Sequence record: MN445185.1 | Strand: one strand, 5' to 3' | Length of the DNA: 64,000 bases | Shown: piece after piece, positions 54,468 to 64,000 of the stretch | Layout: every line of letters begins with the position of its first letter | How positions within the stretch are numbered: the first letter of the stretch is position 1 | Notes under the pieces: model-generated | Database searches by the model: none | Told to the model about the DNA's origin: nothing | Seen by the model: the letters and a program-made list of their open reading frames with translations, nothing else | Position numbers and translations under genes: made by a program

Positions 54468-55400
54468 ATGCCGATTCCGAATATGTTGGCGATGTTGCTG
54501 CCGAGCTTCGAAGCCACCAACTTAAAAAATCAACTGTCATCTAACTGCGACTCGATTGCTGCGTTAGAGCCACAGTTCCAGAACCTCCAGGAACTGGTAG
54601 GAAGTATCCAGGGTAAGCCATTTAAAGCGAAGCCTGTTGCAGACCTTTCTACTGAAATCGTTAAGTACCTGCATAGCTCCGGTTTGGAAGTTAAAGGGTT
54701 ACGTAACGCAAGTATGCTGGAGTACGTCATCGCGTCTATGCAGAACGTACAGGCGCTGCGACCTTTCCTGGAGCAGTGTATCGACCGTGACATCGGGAAA
54801 ACGTTGGTGACATCATCTCTAACGTTCAACAAACAAACCGTGTTGCAGTTGCTGGATATGATCGAATTCTTCGTCGGTTACGCTAGCACCCTGATTAACT
54901 ACATCACGGCCGAAGAGATTGCCGCTGTACAAGACTCGAACATTGCAGTGAAGGGAATCGGTCCGAAAGACCTTCAGTATCTGCAAACCCGTAAGACGTC
55001 TTTCTGTATTGCGGTGCGCGTCCTGGCAACCCCCATTACCAAACTGAAAGCAGACTACGCTGAGATACCCGAAGCGGTGTTTGACGAAGAGACATATAGC
55101 CAATTGGTTCAGCAGTTCGGTTCGAACACCACTGACCCGCTGGGTATGTCCTCCGTTCCGTTCCCGCTGTCGATCGTCTACCGCGTGCGTCTGAATATTG
55201 CAGAATGGCAAATGGATCGTTATGACGAGTGCGTGGAAGCCGCGAAAGCGACTGAGCTGCGTATTCTGTTGTACAAGAAACAACAGGCTGCCGGTGAAGG
55301 GGACGTGCACATTGAGAAACTCATCGAAGCACACGAAAAGCGCTTGATGGAACTCAAGTACAAACGTGAACGTCTGGAGAAAAAATACGGTCTGGTCTAA
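54468..55400 (+). CDS. Probable head/inner-body protein (phiKZ gp90 position)
   Basis: ATG 54468 after AAGGGG. Confidence 0.7.
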   Translation: MPIPNMLAMLLPSFEATNLKNQLSSNCDSIAALEPQFQNLQELVGSIQGKPFKAKPVADLSTEIVKYLHSSGLEVKGLRNASMLEYVIASMQNVQALRPFLEQCIDRDIGKTLVTSSLTFNKQTVLQLLDMIEFFVGYASTLINYITAEEIAAVQDSNIAVKGIGPKDLQYLQTRKTSFCIAVRVLATPITKLKADYAEIPEAVFDEETYSQLVQQFGSNTTDPLGMSSVPFPLSIVYRVRLNIAEWQMDRYDECVEAAKATELRILLYKKQQAAGEGDVHIEKLIEAHEKRLMELKYKRERLEKKYGLV

Positions 55401-55423
55401 GACCGTATTATCAGGAGAGTCTC

Positions 55424-55981
55424 ATGTTTGACAATGACCAGAATTTTAACCTCGCCGAGAAGTTGATTAAAAACTACATGGCGAAACTGACCCAAAACCC
55501 CGTGCTGGTTCATGACGACGAACTGATACATGAAACCCTGGAAGCTGCAGCCGTTGTGCTGCCGTATTTCCGCATGATGGGCGCTGACTCTGTCCAACAA
55601 GTATTATATGACGAATATCCGCAGGTCGGTTTTACGTTTAATACGTTTTATAACGAATCTGCATCGTTCATACTTGACGGTAAACGCCGTACAGTGTCAA
55701 CAGGACAGTGGTCCGTTCTTCTGGTATCGTACATGAACGATATCCACTCTACTAAGCAAGTAGAGCGAACCGGTTCCCTGGGCTCACGACTTCTTGCTGC
55801 GGCTTACGGTCGTAGTGGGCAAGTTCGCCGTATGGGAACTGCGCATCAGACGTACACGCCTGACCGGCGTCTATTATCTTATGCAGACCACGAACTGCTG
55901 GCACGTTGGTTGACACGTCCGAACGGGTTATCCGATATGATCTCGTCGTTAGCAGTGTTTTTAAAAATCGCACGTCCCTAA
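55424..55981 (+). CDS. Probable head protein
   Basis: 185 aa, SD AGGAG. Confidence 0.75.
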   Translation: MFDNDQNFNLAEKLIKNYMAKLTQNPVLVHDDELIHETLEAAAVVLPYFRMMGADSVQQVLYDEYPQVGFTFNTFYNESASFILDGKRRTVSTGQWSVLLVSYMNDIHSTKQVERTGSLGSRLLAAAYGRSGQVRRMGTAHQTYTPDRRLLSYADHELLARWLTRPNGLSDMISSLAVFLKIARP

Positions 55982-56037
55982 GGGGGCCCCTTATCTAGGG
56001 GCGTGTAATTGGGTTATAACCAAAGGAACCGAAACAA

Positions 56038-57315
56038 ATGGCAAACTTTGTAAAAAGTAAACTCGCCCGCGAGTCCGTTGAAGCTACCGGCGACGTAATC
56101 GACGGTCTGAGCAACGTTGAACCGGCAGAAGAGAACATCGACGTTCAGCTGGCAGAAGTTGCGTCTATCGACGGTCAGCTGGAACAGCTCGATGGTGACC
56201 AGGAAACCCTGGCTGCTGATACCGAGCGTACCGAAGCTGCTATCGACGCTGCTGACGAAAAAATCGAAAACGGTGAAGAGATGCCTGAAGAAGCCATCGC
56301 TCACACCGAAGTGGCGCAGGAATCTATCCGTAAGCGTTGGGCTATCGATCGTACCAAACTGGCACGCGAATCTTATCGCCGCGGCCGTGGCATGACCAAA
56401 GCAGCTCAGGAAGGCTGGAAAGAAACCCTGAAAGATCTGTTCAAGCGCTTCGTTGAACTGTGTAAAGCAGTTATCGCGAAAGCGAAAGAGCTGAAGCTGA
56501 AATACATCAACGTTGGTAAGTCTGCACAGAAACGTGCGAAAGCTTACCAAGAGATGCTGCGTAAGCTCGGTAAGCAGAAGAAAGAAAACATCTCTGGCGG
56601 CTTTATTAGCAAACTGTCTATCGAAGGCGACTTCGATGTGGCCAACTCCATCGCTATCGCGAAAGAGCTGACCGGCGGTAAAGCGAAAGATGCTATCAAC
56701 AAGCTGTCCTCTCAGGCGGCTGACTCTGCCGTAGCGATCACCAAAACTGCAGAAGGTACTGCAACGGCTGCTAAAGGCGCCGTTGATGTTGCCCTGTTCG
56801 GTACCGCTGCTAAGAAACTGCGCACCCTGCCGCAGTTCGAAGATGGCGAAGGCGGTCAGAAAGTTCTGGCACTGCCAGGCAACGCCTATGTGCAGATCGG
56901 TAGCAAAACTCTGGCCGGCGGCCAGGAGTACACTGCGGTGGCGTTCCTGTCAACTGGCGACTCTACCGACACGAAAGAGATTGCTACCCCGGCAATTACC
57001 GCACTGGCGTCTGCAGCAACCGCTCTTGATGCGATCGGTAAAGGTTTCGAGAAAGTGCTGCAGGACTTCCGCTCCTATGACGCCGAAGTTGAGAAACTGG
57101 AGCAGGCTGCTAGCAAAGCTGCTGCTGCCCTGGATAAATCCAACGACGAAGGCGAGTGGGAAGCACTGCGTAATGCACGTACTGCAGCCGACCAGGCTGT
57201 GCGTAACTACCAGACTCTGAACCGTGCCGTGGCGCATGTTGGTAACACTGTTATCAGCGGCCTGAACGGTTACATCGGTGCTGGTATCGGCGCGTACGAA
57301 AAGTCTAAAGCTTAA
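56038..57315 (+). CDS. Abundant processed head protein (SPN3US gp53/phiKZ gp93 family)
   Basis: Acidic propeptide with ARE-S and AQE-S/G sites; extreme codon bias; paralog of the next gene. Confidence 0.85.
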   Translation: MANFVKSKLARESVEATGDVIDGLSNVEPAEENIDVQLAEVASIDGQLEQLDGDQETLAADTERTEAAIDAADEKIENGEEMPEEAIAHTEVAQESIRKRWAIDRTKLARESYRRGRGMTKAAQEGWKETLKDLFKRFVELCKAVIAKAKELKLKYINVGKSAQKRAKAYQEMLRKLGKQKKENISGGFISKLSIEGDFDVANSIAIAKELTGGKAKDAINKLSSQAADSAVAITKTAEGTATAAKGAVDVALFGTAAKKLRTLPQFEDGEGGQKVLALPGNAYVQIGSKTLAGGQEYTAVAFLSTGDSTDTKEIATPAITALASAATALDAIGKGFEKVLQDFRSYDAEVEKLEQAASKAAAALDKSNDEGEWEALRNARTAADQAVRNYQTLNRAVAHVGNTVISGLNGYIGAGIGAYEKSKA

Positions 57316-57392
57316 TCCGCTTTACGTACCAAACGTCGGTTGACAAATCATTAATGGCGGTACACGGCGTACCGCCTAGAGGATAGAAAAAG

Positions 57393-58652
57393 ATGGCAAA
57401 CTTTGTAAAAAGTAAACTCGCTCGTGAATCTGTCGAAGGCGCAGGCACTGTCGTTCCAGATGGTATCGAGCTGCCGGCTGAGTCCGTGGAAGGTACTCTG
57501 GCTGACATCGAGCATGACACCAAACCGATCGACCAGCTGGACGCAGAAGCAGACGTGCTGGCAGAAGACGGTGACGAAACTGATGCACAGCTGGATGCAG
57601 TTGATGCTGCTGAAGCTGCCGCTGACGGTGAAGGTGAAGATGGCGAAGAGCCAATGGAAGTGGAAGAAGATATGCCTGACGATGCTGCTGAGCAGCTGGA
57701 CGTTGCGCAGGAATCTATCCGTAAACGTTGGGCATTCGACCACCGCGTAAGCGTTGCGCAGGAATCTTACGGTGCACGTAAGCGTCGTCAGGTTGCTCGT
57801 GAAAGCCTGTGGGAAGATATCAAAGCCTTCCTGAAGCGCATCTACGAGTGGCTGAAAGAGCAGGGCCGTAAAATCAAAGATCGCTGGCTCAAGTTCAGCA
57901 ACCAGGGTAAATCCATTCAGGCGCGTGCTAAGAAATATGACGCTGCGCTGTCTGGCCTGGGCAAGCAGAAGAAAGACACCGTTTCCGGTGGCTTCATCAA
58001 GAACCTGACCTCTAACGGCAAGTTCCTGGGTGACAACCTGCAGGTGCTGAAAGAGCTGCTGGCTAACATCGGTGGCGTTTACAGCATGCAAGAAGACGTC
58101 GTTCGTGAAGCAACTGTAATGGTAACTTCTATTGAGTCTGGCAAACACGTTGGCGGTTTCGCTGCAGCGGTTAATAAAGCAGTTTCTGGTAAGTCCGGCG
58201 ATCTGCAGCTGCTGGGCAACCAGATCGGTAAAGCTGACGTTAAAGTCAACGGTGACGACCTGGAAGCATCCTTCACTGTTATCGATGCAGAAGGCAGCGT
58301 AGAGCAGTCCGTAGCGACTCCTTCTCTGACCACCCTGAGTGGTCTGGTGGCGTTCTTCAATCAGCTGGGTAAAGCTGTGGAAGAAAACGTGAAAGCGTAC
58401 CACAAGAACAACCAGGCGCAAGAGAAGTACGAGCAGGCTATTGACAAGCTGCTGAAGCGTATCGACAGCGTGAAGATCGACGACAACGCCGAGCTGACCA
58501 ACAACGTACGTGTTGCTCGCCGTGCTATCACCATCGCGAACCAGTTCGTTTCCTGGACCGAACGTTGCGTTGCAACTGGCCAGAAAAACCTGATCGCCGG
58601 TGTTAACGGCTACATCAGCGCCGGTATCGGTGCTTATGAAAAGGCTAAGTAA
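57393..58652 (+). CDS. Abundant processed head protein (SPN3US gp54/phiKZ gp93 family)
   Basis: Same N terminus MANFVKSKLARES and C terminus GYIxAGIGAYEK; AQE-S and ARE-S sites. Confidence 0.85.
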   Translation: MANFVKSKLARESVEGAGTVVPDGIELPAESVEGTLADIEHDTKPIDQLDAEADVLAEDGDETDAQLDAVDAAEAAADGEGEDGEEPMEVEEDMPDDAAEQLDVAQESIRKRWAFDHRVSVAQESYGARKRRQVARESLWEDIKAFLKRIYEWLKEQGRKIKDRWLKFSNQGKSIQARAKKYDAALSGLGKQKKDTVSGGFIKNLTSNGKFLGDNLQVLKELLANIGGVYSMQEDVVREATVMVTSIESGKHVGGFAAAVNKAVSGKSGDLQLLGNQIGKADVKVNGDDLEASFTVIDAEGSVEQSVATPSLTTLSGLVAFFNQLGKAVEENVKAYHKNNQAQEKYEQAIDKLLKRIDSVKIDDNAELTNNVRVARRAITIANQFVSWTERCVATGQKNLIAGVNGYISAGIGAYEKAK

Positions 58653-58663
58653 TTAGTCTGGCG

Positions 58664-58703
58664 AATCCCCCACTTCGGTGGGGGATTTACCCTTTCTTTT
58701 TTT
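58664..58703 (+). terminator. Intrinsic terminator
   Basis: AATCCCCCAC-TTCG-GTGGGGGATT followed by T-rich tract. Confidence 0.85.
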
Positions 58704-58725
58704 GTCTCGGATTAGAAAAGATTTC

Positions 58726-58740
58726 AGATATATATTACCT
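58726..58740 (+). promoter_or_regulatory. Putative early promoter motif
   Basis: AGATATATATTACCT (contains TATATTAC). Confidence 0.65.
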
Positions 58741-58788
58741 AGGTGAGATTGCATTGGTAATCTTTTAACCGACTATCACTTAAGGAAT

Positions 58789-59550
58789 ATGAAAATGAAA
58801 ACTATCAATCTGCTCACTCTGGCTAATGGCTCTATCGAACGTAACGAAGACGACGGTGCTATCCTGCAAGCAACCAACGGCTTTAAAGTTATACTGTCCC
58901 CAATTCAATTCACAGGCTTACAAGTCTGGCTGCGCGAAATCAACAAACGCAAACTGCCGCGTCGTATGGCGGTTGGCGACCTGCTCTTTACACTGGATAA
59001 CGTTGACGGTGTTAAACCGGAACTGTACGAAGTTCAGTACAAAGCCGCAGTCGATACACTGCGACTGAAGAAAGGGGAAGAAATCAAATTCATTCCGGTG
59101 ACCTATAATGGTAACACTTACCTGCAGATGGAAGACACTCCGTTCGCTGCGCACGTCACTGACACTGCTGTTGAACTGGTCATTGCCATTGGTCTGGTTG
59201 CGACTCCGGCGGTACTGGAAGTCAGCGAAGATCCACTGCAGGATTTCGGTACGCTGTTCGAAACCATACTGGGTGGCACGAAGCTCGGGAACATCACCAA
59301 GGTCATCCGCCGTATTCCGATTCGGAATGCGCAGCCGAAAGTGATGACGCTGGCAGAAAGCATGACGGAACACCCGGAGCTGACTGCTGAAGAAATTCAG
59401 GCGCAAGAAGAAGCAATTGAAGAAGAACGTCAGAACGCCCAGCGTGAAGCCATGAAGCCGTTCCGTGGTTTCCTGGATGCTATCTTCGACTGTGCGAACT
59501 CGCTGATGAAACCGGTTGAAGTGAAAACCGCTGAAGAACCAGCAGCGTAA
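58789..59550 (+). CDS. Hypothetical protein, probably early
   Basis: 253 aa, SD TAAGGA. Confidence 0.85.
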   Translation: MKMKTINLLTLANGSIERNEDDGAILQATNGFKVILSPIQFTGLQVWLREINKRKLPRRMAVGDLLFTLDNVDGVKPELYEVQYKAAVDTLRLKKGEEIKFIPVTYNGNTYLQMEDTPFAAHVTDTAVELVIAIGLVATPAVLEVSEDPLQDFGTLFETILGGTKLGNITKVIRRIPIRNAQPKVMTLAESMTEHPELTAEEIQAQEEAIEEERQNAQREAMKPFRGFLDAIFDCANSLMKPVEVKTAEEPAA

Positions 59551-59608
59551 ATATTACGTTAGCCCGAAACCGTATGTAATCGACCATTAATCTTAAGGAG
59601 TATTTATA

Positions 59609-60154
59609 ATGAAACGTGTCAATCTTAAAGATATTATTAGCGTAAGTAACGATAAATCATCACCCCTTTGGGATGAGGTTACTACGCTGCAATTTAGTAC
59701 CAGTGTCATGACAATTCCACGTCCAGTTATGATTGGTCTAGGTGTGTTTATTTTAGAATGTGACCGTCGCTCAGCAGGCACGCACATTCTAACGTACGGT
59801 GGGTACGAGTTTGTCGTCGAAAGCGAACTTAACAAACATTGCTCAGAGGGCATCATCGGTCTTTGGAAATACTTAATCGATGCGGGATTGTCCGACATGT
59901 CTAAAGTCTGTAGTCACGATTACGGTAAGTTGGAGCATTTTGTTCGTCGTAACGGTGAGCGTGTTCCGGTGACGATTGATGGTTACCAGACCAAAATGGT
60001 CACCGCGCCTTACAGCGCTGAGGGGATACGTGCAACGCTTTACATTCGCCAGACGCTCGTACGCGATGACCTGTTAGACGAAGCAGAGCAAACTCTACAT
60101 GGTCGTGTTGTGAACCTCGCACCGTCTTACGACGCGCAGCGTATGGTTCAATGA
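59609..60154 (+). CDS. Hypothetical protein
   Basis: 181 aa, SD TAAGGAG. Confidence 0.85.
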   Translation: MKRVNLKDIISVSNDKSSPLWDEVTTLQFSTSVMTIPRPVMIGLGVFILECDRRSAGTHILTYGGYEFVVESELNKHCSEGIIGLWKYLIDAGLSDMSKVCSHDYGKLEHFVRRNGERVPVTIDGYQTKMVTAPYSAEGIRATLYIRQTLVRDDLLDEAEQTLHGRVVNLAPSYDAQRMVQ

Positions 60155-60160
60155 TTTAAT

Positions 60161-60190
60161 AAGGTGGCCTAACAAGCCACCTTCTTTTTT
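60161..60190 (+). terminator. Intrinsic terminator
   Basis: AAGGTGGC-CTAACAA-GCCACCTT followed by T tract. Confidence 0.75.
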
Positions 60191-60198
60191 GGGATTGT

Positions 60199-60573
60199 GT
60201 GATGACTGATAAATTTAAATTTGAGATGACGCCAGAAACCGCAAACGTAGAACCGCAGATTCGCCTCCGTGTACGAGATGACGAATACTGTCTAGCGATA
60301 GTTGAAGAAGACCTGGCAGAGGCCTTGTTGCTGCTCGGCGACAGAGAATGGCTTGGCACGCTAACTATTAGGCTTAAGAGGCCGTTGGTTGGTAGTGGGA
60401 TGTTTGCAGGTTGCTGTACGAACAGTCTGTTGGTCGATGTGGATGCCAGAACGGTATCACTGTCGGTGATTCTGGACTATCCGGTGACATTCTCGTATAG
60501 CCGTCTTGAATTTAGTCGCCATTTACGCCACGCAATGAAAGAATTATCTAAAGCCCGTAGGAGCAAACCGTGA
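60199..60573 (+). CDS. Hypothetical protein
   Basis: 124 aa; stop overlaps the DHFR start (GTGA). Confidence 0.75.
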   Translation: MMTDKFKFEMTPETANVEPQIRLRVRDDEYCLAIVEEDLAEALLLLGDREWLGTLTIRLKRPLVGSGMFAGCCTNSLLVDVDARTVSLSVILDYPVTFSYSRLEFSRHLRHAMKELSKARRSKP

Positions 60574-61121
60574 AACTCTCTATTATCGTCGCGATGGACC
60601 GCAACAATGCCATCGGTAAAAACAATGAACTGCCGTGGCGTCTGCCTGCCGACCTGGCTAACTTTAAGGCAATTACCACAGGGAAGAACGTTATCATGGG
60701 TAGTAGGACCTGGGAATCGTTAGGTTGTCGTCCTTTGCCTAACCGCGGCAACTTAATTGTTACTCGTAACCCAGAAGGGTACATCAATGGCCGGGAAGAA
60801 CACACGGACATGCGTTTGGTGACGTTTCACACGAGTATTGATTTAGCCATCAAAGCTCTGGAACGTATCGAGAAAGATACCGGAAAAGAGCAAGAGGTGA
60901 TGATTATTGGTGGCGCATCAGTTTATCAACAAACCCTCGCTCGTGCGGATCGTATTTATCTATCGCGTATTGACATCGCTGTTGAAGGTGCCGATGCTTT
61001 CTTCCCAGAAATTGACAGAGATGTTTTTCAAGTCGATTACACCATGACCCATTTACCCGACGGCCAGAAACACACGCACCGTTGGACGTATCAAATTTTA
61101 AATCGTATCGCTGGAGTTTAA
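60570..61121 (+). CDS. folA: Dihydrofolate reductase
   Basis: IVAMDRNNAIGKNNELPWRLPADL, VIMGSRTWES, RPLPNR, IIGGASVY, DAFFP. Confidence 0.97.
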   Translation: MKLSIIVAMDRNNAIGKNNELPWRLPADLANFKAITTGKNVIMGSRTWESLGCRPLPNRGNLIVTRNPEGYINGREEHTDMRLVTFHTSIDLAIKALERIEKDTGKEQEVMIIGGASVYQQTLARADRIYLSRIDIAVEGADAFFPEIDRDVFQVDYTMTHLPDGQKHTHRWTYQILNRIAGV

Positions 61122-61122
61122 A

Positions 61123-61452
61123 GTGGAAAAGAAATCTGTTAAAGGTTACGTGATGGAAGTAACCCCAAAAGCGGCTGAACTGGCGAGAGAATATACCGGA
61201 TGTATCGTGCCACTGACCTCAATCGTGGTGTGTGAGGGTTCCTTCTATCTCATCTTCGGCAGTAATGAGCCGGTCTATGCGTACATCGATGACCCTGATC
61301 AAGTTACAGCCCTCTCTATTGCGATGGGTAAAATGGTATCAGACAAGATGATTGAATTCGTTGTCGGGAAAACGATGGACATTATCCGCAATCCGGTTGG
61401 ACACAGCGGAATAAAATGTAAGAAGTGGCAGCTAGCTTGGCTGGCACATTAA
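61123..61452 (+). CDS. Hypothetical protein
   Basis: 109 aa, SD GGAG. Confidence 0.75.
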   Translation: MEKKSVKGYVMEVTPKAAELAREYTGCIVPLTSIVVCEGSFYLIFGSNEPVYAYIDDPDQVTALSIAMGKMVSDKMIEFVVGKTMDIIRNPVGHSGIKCKKWQLAWLAH

Positions 61453-61479
61453 ACGGTTATCTTCTTAAGGAGTATTAAA

Positions 61480-62070
61480 ATGCTTAGTGAACGTGCGCCC
61501 CGTTTAGAAGCGGCGGTATTGAAAATTGAACGTGTGAATATCAAATTGTTATCGAACGATGTTGGTCGGGCATCGTACAGTGACTTATGGAGTATCCCCG
61601 CACCACCGCGTACGTTGGTGGTGAACTGGTTAACGAATCGTTTGGGCTCATGCGATGTTAAAGCCAAGGATGTCGTACTAACGCTACCTGACGGCAAAAC
61701 AACTACCGGCGATGTGTTGATTGCCAGTGGTTCTAAATTGCGTATGGGCGATATTCGCTTGGGTGAGTCCTATCTTCCGGACGGTATGCGACCTATGCCG
61801 ATTGGCGAGGTAGAAAACCGAATTCTGGAAAAAGAAAGAGTGCTGGCGTTCATACGCCGCCCGCCGGATAGCACGGTGTCGTTTAAGCAACGTAAACCGG
61901 CTGCAGACAACACACCCGTTGTCGAGTGGCTCGAAAAGTATTTTGGCGAATATGGCATCAGTCCTGATGAGGTCATTCTCATCAACGGCCACGCCATGAT
62001 GCCGTTTAAGCCCAGCCCGTATTACACGATGGGACAACTGCGCGCTTCCTTCAAAGGGAAAGCACGCTAA
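61480..62070 (+). CDS. Hypothetical protein
   Basis: 196 aa, SD TAAGGAG. Confidence 0.85.
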   Translation: MLSERAPRLEAAVLKIERVNIKLLSNDVGRASYSDLWSIPAPPRTLVVNWLTNRLGSCDVKAKDVVLTLPDGKTTTGDVLIASGSKLRMGDIRLGESYLPDGMRPMPIGEVENRILEKERVLAFIRRPPDSTVSFKQRKPAADNTPVVEWLEKYFGEYGISPDEVILINGHAMMPFKPSPYYTMGQLRASFKGKAR

Positions 62071-62075
62071 AGTGT

Positions 62076-62103
62076 GGGGGACTTCGGTCCCCTTTCTTTT
62101 TTT
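62076..62103 (+). terminator. Intrinsic terminator
   Basis: GGGGAC-TTCG-GTCCCC followed by T tract. Confidence 0.9.
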
Positions 62104-62144
62104 GCGTTTTAGGCCAGTGATATGACTACAACGAGGGACAGCTA

Positions 62145-63647
62145 ATGCAACAGTATTTTGAAATTCCATCGTTGGACAAGACCATGCGCAAAGCTGTGGT
62201 CGACGGCGTCGTAGAACGTGTGCTAAACGAATCTGGTATTGAACGTGCCAGTGTTGTTTTCACGGATAGCTTCAACACCGCCCATCAGCCAGGCTCTACG
62301 CTCGGCGATGAGACACCGGTGGACTATTCAGCACCGAACCGTGTCTACGTCGAAGTGGAAGAAGAACGTGATGAACGCGCACGCATTAACCGTCAAGTTG
62401 GGTTAGCGGCAGAGATTCCATTCTTCCATAACCCCGAAGACCAAGTACGCGCCGCTCCTGTCCGCGTAATGTATAACGTGACTATCACGCTACGGCGTGT
62501 CGGCCCATCGCGTGACGAATTGTTACGTTGGGCGAACCGCCTGGATTCACTTATCGACATGGGTCGCTATTCAACCATGACGGAATCCGAAGCGTACTAC
62601 TTGATTCCAAAACCTGCGCTTAAGCTATTGAACGAATGCTATATCGCCGCAGGGACCCGTGTGCCGAAATACGATGACTTTAAAGATTATCTAAAGGCGC
62701 ACTTCACACCCGACGTTTTCACCACAGGTAATGTTGCCGGTGGTCAGAATGTCTTAGCGGTACGCTACGCACCAACCCGTATCGAGACGGTTTACGATGT
62801 TATCTCTCCTACCTGGGATAACGACGAAAACCGTTACGAGACCAGCTTCGTTATACGCTTCTCATATCAGCGACCCGAAGAGGTGGTGATTACCTACCCG
62901 TACATTATCAACCAGACACCGTTGCCTGATGAATGGTGGCCTGAGATAGACCCACCGTTTGTGAGTAATGAAGAGGGTGTGCAACGTCACCAACAGCAAA
63001 AGAACCTCGACGGCACTTGGTGGATTAATGAATCTCGCCAGTTCTTACGCCTACCGTATCTGCTGTCACCGACAGAACAGTTTGAACGTACACACTCGCC
63101 GCTAAAAGCAAAGCTTCTGCATGTGTTCGGCACCGATGTAGCCTTCGGTGAAGAAAACATGATCGACCCTGAGGTTTGTAGTATCGATGATTTACCGTAT
63201 GTCTGGAATGCCGACGTGGTTCCTTATATCGAACACTGTCGCACGATAGACCCGACAGGTCAGACTGGCATTATCCGTATGGAATTGTTCGAGAATGGTC
63301 AAATCATTGAACCACGTTTCTACCATTGGGAAAACGGCGTCTTCTCGCTACGTAACCGTGAAGTTCATGTCGAGAAAGCGTACTACTTAACAGAGTCGGC
63401 AATACACGACTGGCGTAATATGGACTTATGGCCACTGCATCTTTATCCAAAAGCGGCAAAAGTGCTTATTGAGTGGTTATTCCCAGATTGGGATTGCCCG
63501 GATTGGTGGTGGGATAAACCTGTGTTACCACCAAGTGTGATTGATGAAATCACGAAGTTCTATCGCCGTGTCCTGTTGACGCAATTTAATACCACGATTA
63601 TAGCCATCAGAGGAGCCGATAATGCTCAAGGCGAACAAGAGGGGTGA
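62145..63647 (+). CDS. Probable neck/baseplate structural protein (SPN3US gp61 position)
   Basis: 500 aa; TATG at 62121-24; SD GAGG. Confidence 0.75.
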   Translation: MQQYFEIPSLDKTMRKAVVDGVVERVLNESGIERASVVFTDSFNTAHQPGSTLGDETPVDYSAPNRVYVEVEEERDERARINRQVGLAAEIPFFHNPEDQVRAAPVRVMYNVTITLRRVGPSRDELLRWANRLDSLIDMGRYSTMTESEAYYLIPKPALKLLNECYIAAGTRVPKYDDFKDYLKAHFTPDVFTTGNVAGGQNVLAVRYAPTRIETVYDVISPTWDNDENRYETSFVIRFSYQRPEEVVITYPYIINQTPLPDEWWPEIDPPFVSNEEGVQRHQQQKNLDGTWWINESRQFLRLPYLLSPTEQFERTHSPLKAKLLHVFGTDVAFGEENMIDPEVCSIDDLPYVWNADVVPYIEHCRTIDPTGQTGIIRMELFENGQIIEPRFYHWENGVFSLRNREVHVEKAYYLTESAIHDWRNMDLWPLHLYPKAAKVLIEWLFPDWDCPDWWWDKPVLPPSVIDEITKFYRRVLLTQFNTTIIAIRGADNAQGEQEG

Positions 63648-64000
63648 TACTAAATTCGTTCCTGTTGAACCTGAAATTCCGATTATCAATAAACCGCAGG
63701 ACGGGGTGAAAGAAGCCAGCAACTTGGTAACGATTCCAACCCGCACCACGGTAACGGACTTCGACAGGATTCCGAAACAGTATCTCCTGCAATACAACGA
63801 AGGTTCTGAATGGCCGGTTGATTTTTATCACGCGTTGTCGGGTCGCAACGATCCGAAGACGATGTTCGATACTCAGAATGACAGCCCTACGCAACAGCTG
63901 CTTAAGATTGTTAATCTGTCATTACGTGTTAACGCACCGCTCGACCGTACGCAGGACGAACAACGTAAGACTTTCGAACTGACCGGGACGTCGACCCTGG
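63622..64000 (+). CDS. Probable structural protein, 5' part (runs off the window)
   Basis: AGGAG SD, ATG 63622 (MLKANKRGDT...), frame open to the end. Confidence 0.8.
   Translation, partial: MLKANKRGDTKFVPVEPEIPIINKPQDGVKEASNLVTIPTRTTVTDFDRIPKQYLLQYNEGSEWPVDFYHALSGRNDPKTMFDTQNDSPTQQLLKIVNLSLRVNAPLDRTQDEQRKTFELTGTSTL

Noticed and set aside
60570-61121. DHFR as an acquired trimethoprim-resistance cassette
   Set aside because: No integron or IS context; DHFR is a common phage nucleotide-metabolism gene
1-64000. Absence of a PhuZ tubulin gene
   Set aside because: Only part of the genome is visible, so absence cannot be concluded

Overview
This 64-kb window comes from an enterobacterial nucleus-forming jumbo phage (Chimalliviridae). 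From memory, its gene order is colinear with Salmonella phage SPN3US genes ~1-62; no database search was run. It encodes a split family-B DNA polymerase (11920-14211 and 43654-45438), a likely chimallin (16806-18659), four non-virion RNA polymerase subunits, one virion RNAP subunit, an SbcD-like nuclease, an SF2 helicase, head and baseplate proteins, DHFR and tRNA-Trp. Two self-splicing elements sit in catalytic motifs: an endonuclease-free group I intron (20110-20465) splitting the RNAP NGDFDGD motif, and a LAGLIDADG intein (35245-36282) in the helicase Walker A motif. The least explained signals are: (i) about 2 kb of non-coding, densely base-paired sequence in the first 3.8 kb, including a tRNA body with no anticodon loop, a degenerate tRNA-Met, and four tandem long-stem hairpins with 31-41 nt loops; and (ii) a predicted -1 frameshift (T TTT TTC plus hairpin) fusing 38484-40454 to 40499-40870, resembling tail-chaperone G/GT pairs. 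Eight copies of a likely early-promoter motif and many UUCG-loop terminators outline the transcription map. Most product names rest on motifs plus remembered synteny, and all RNA structures were folded by eye.
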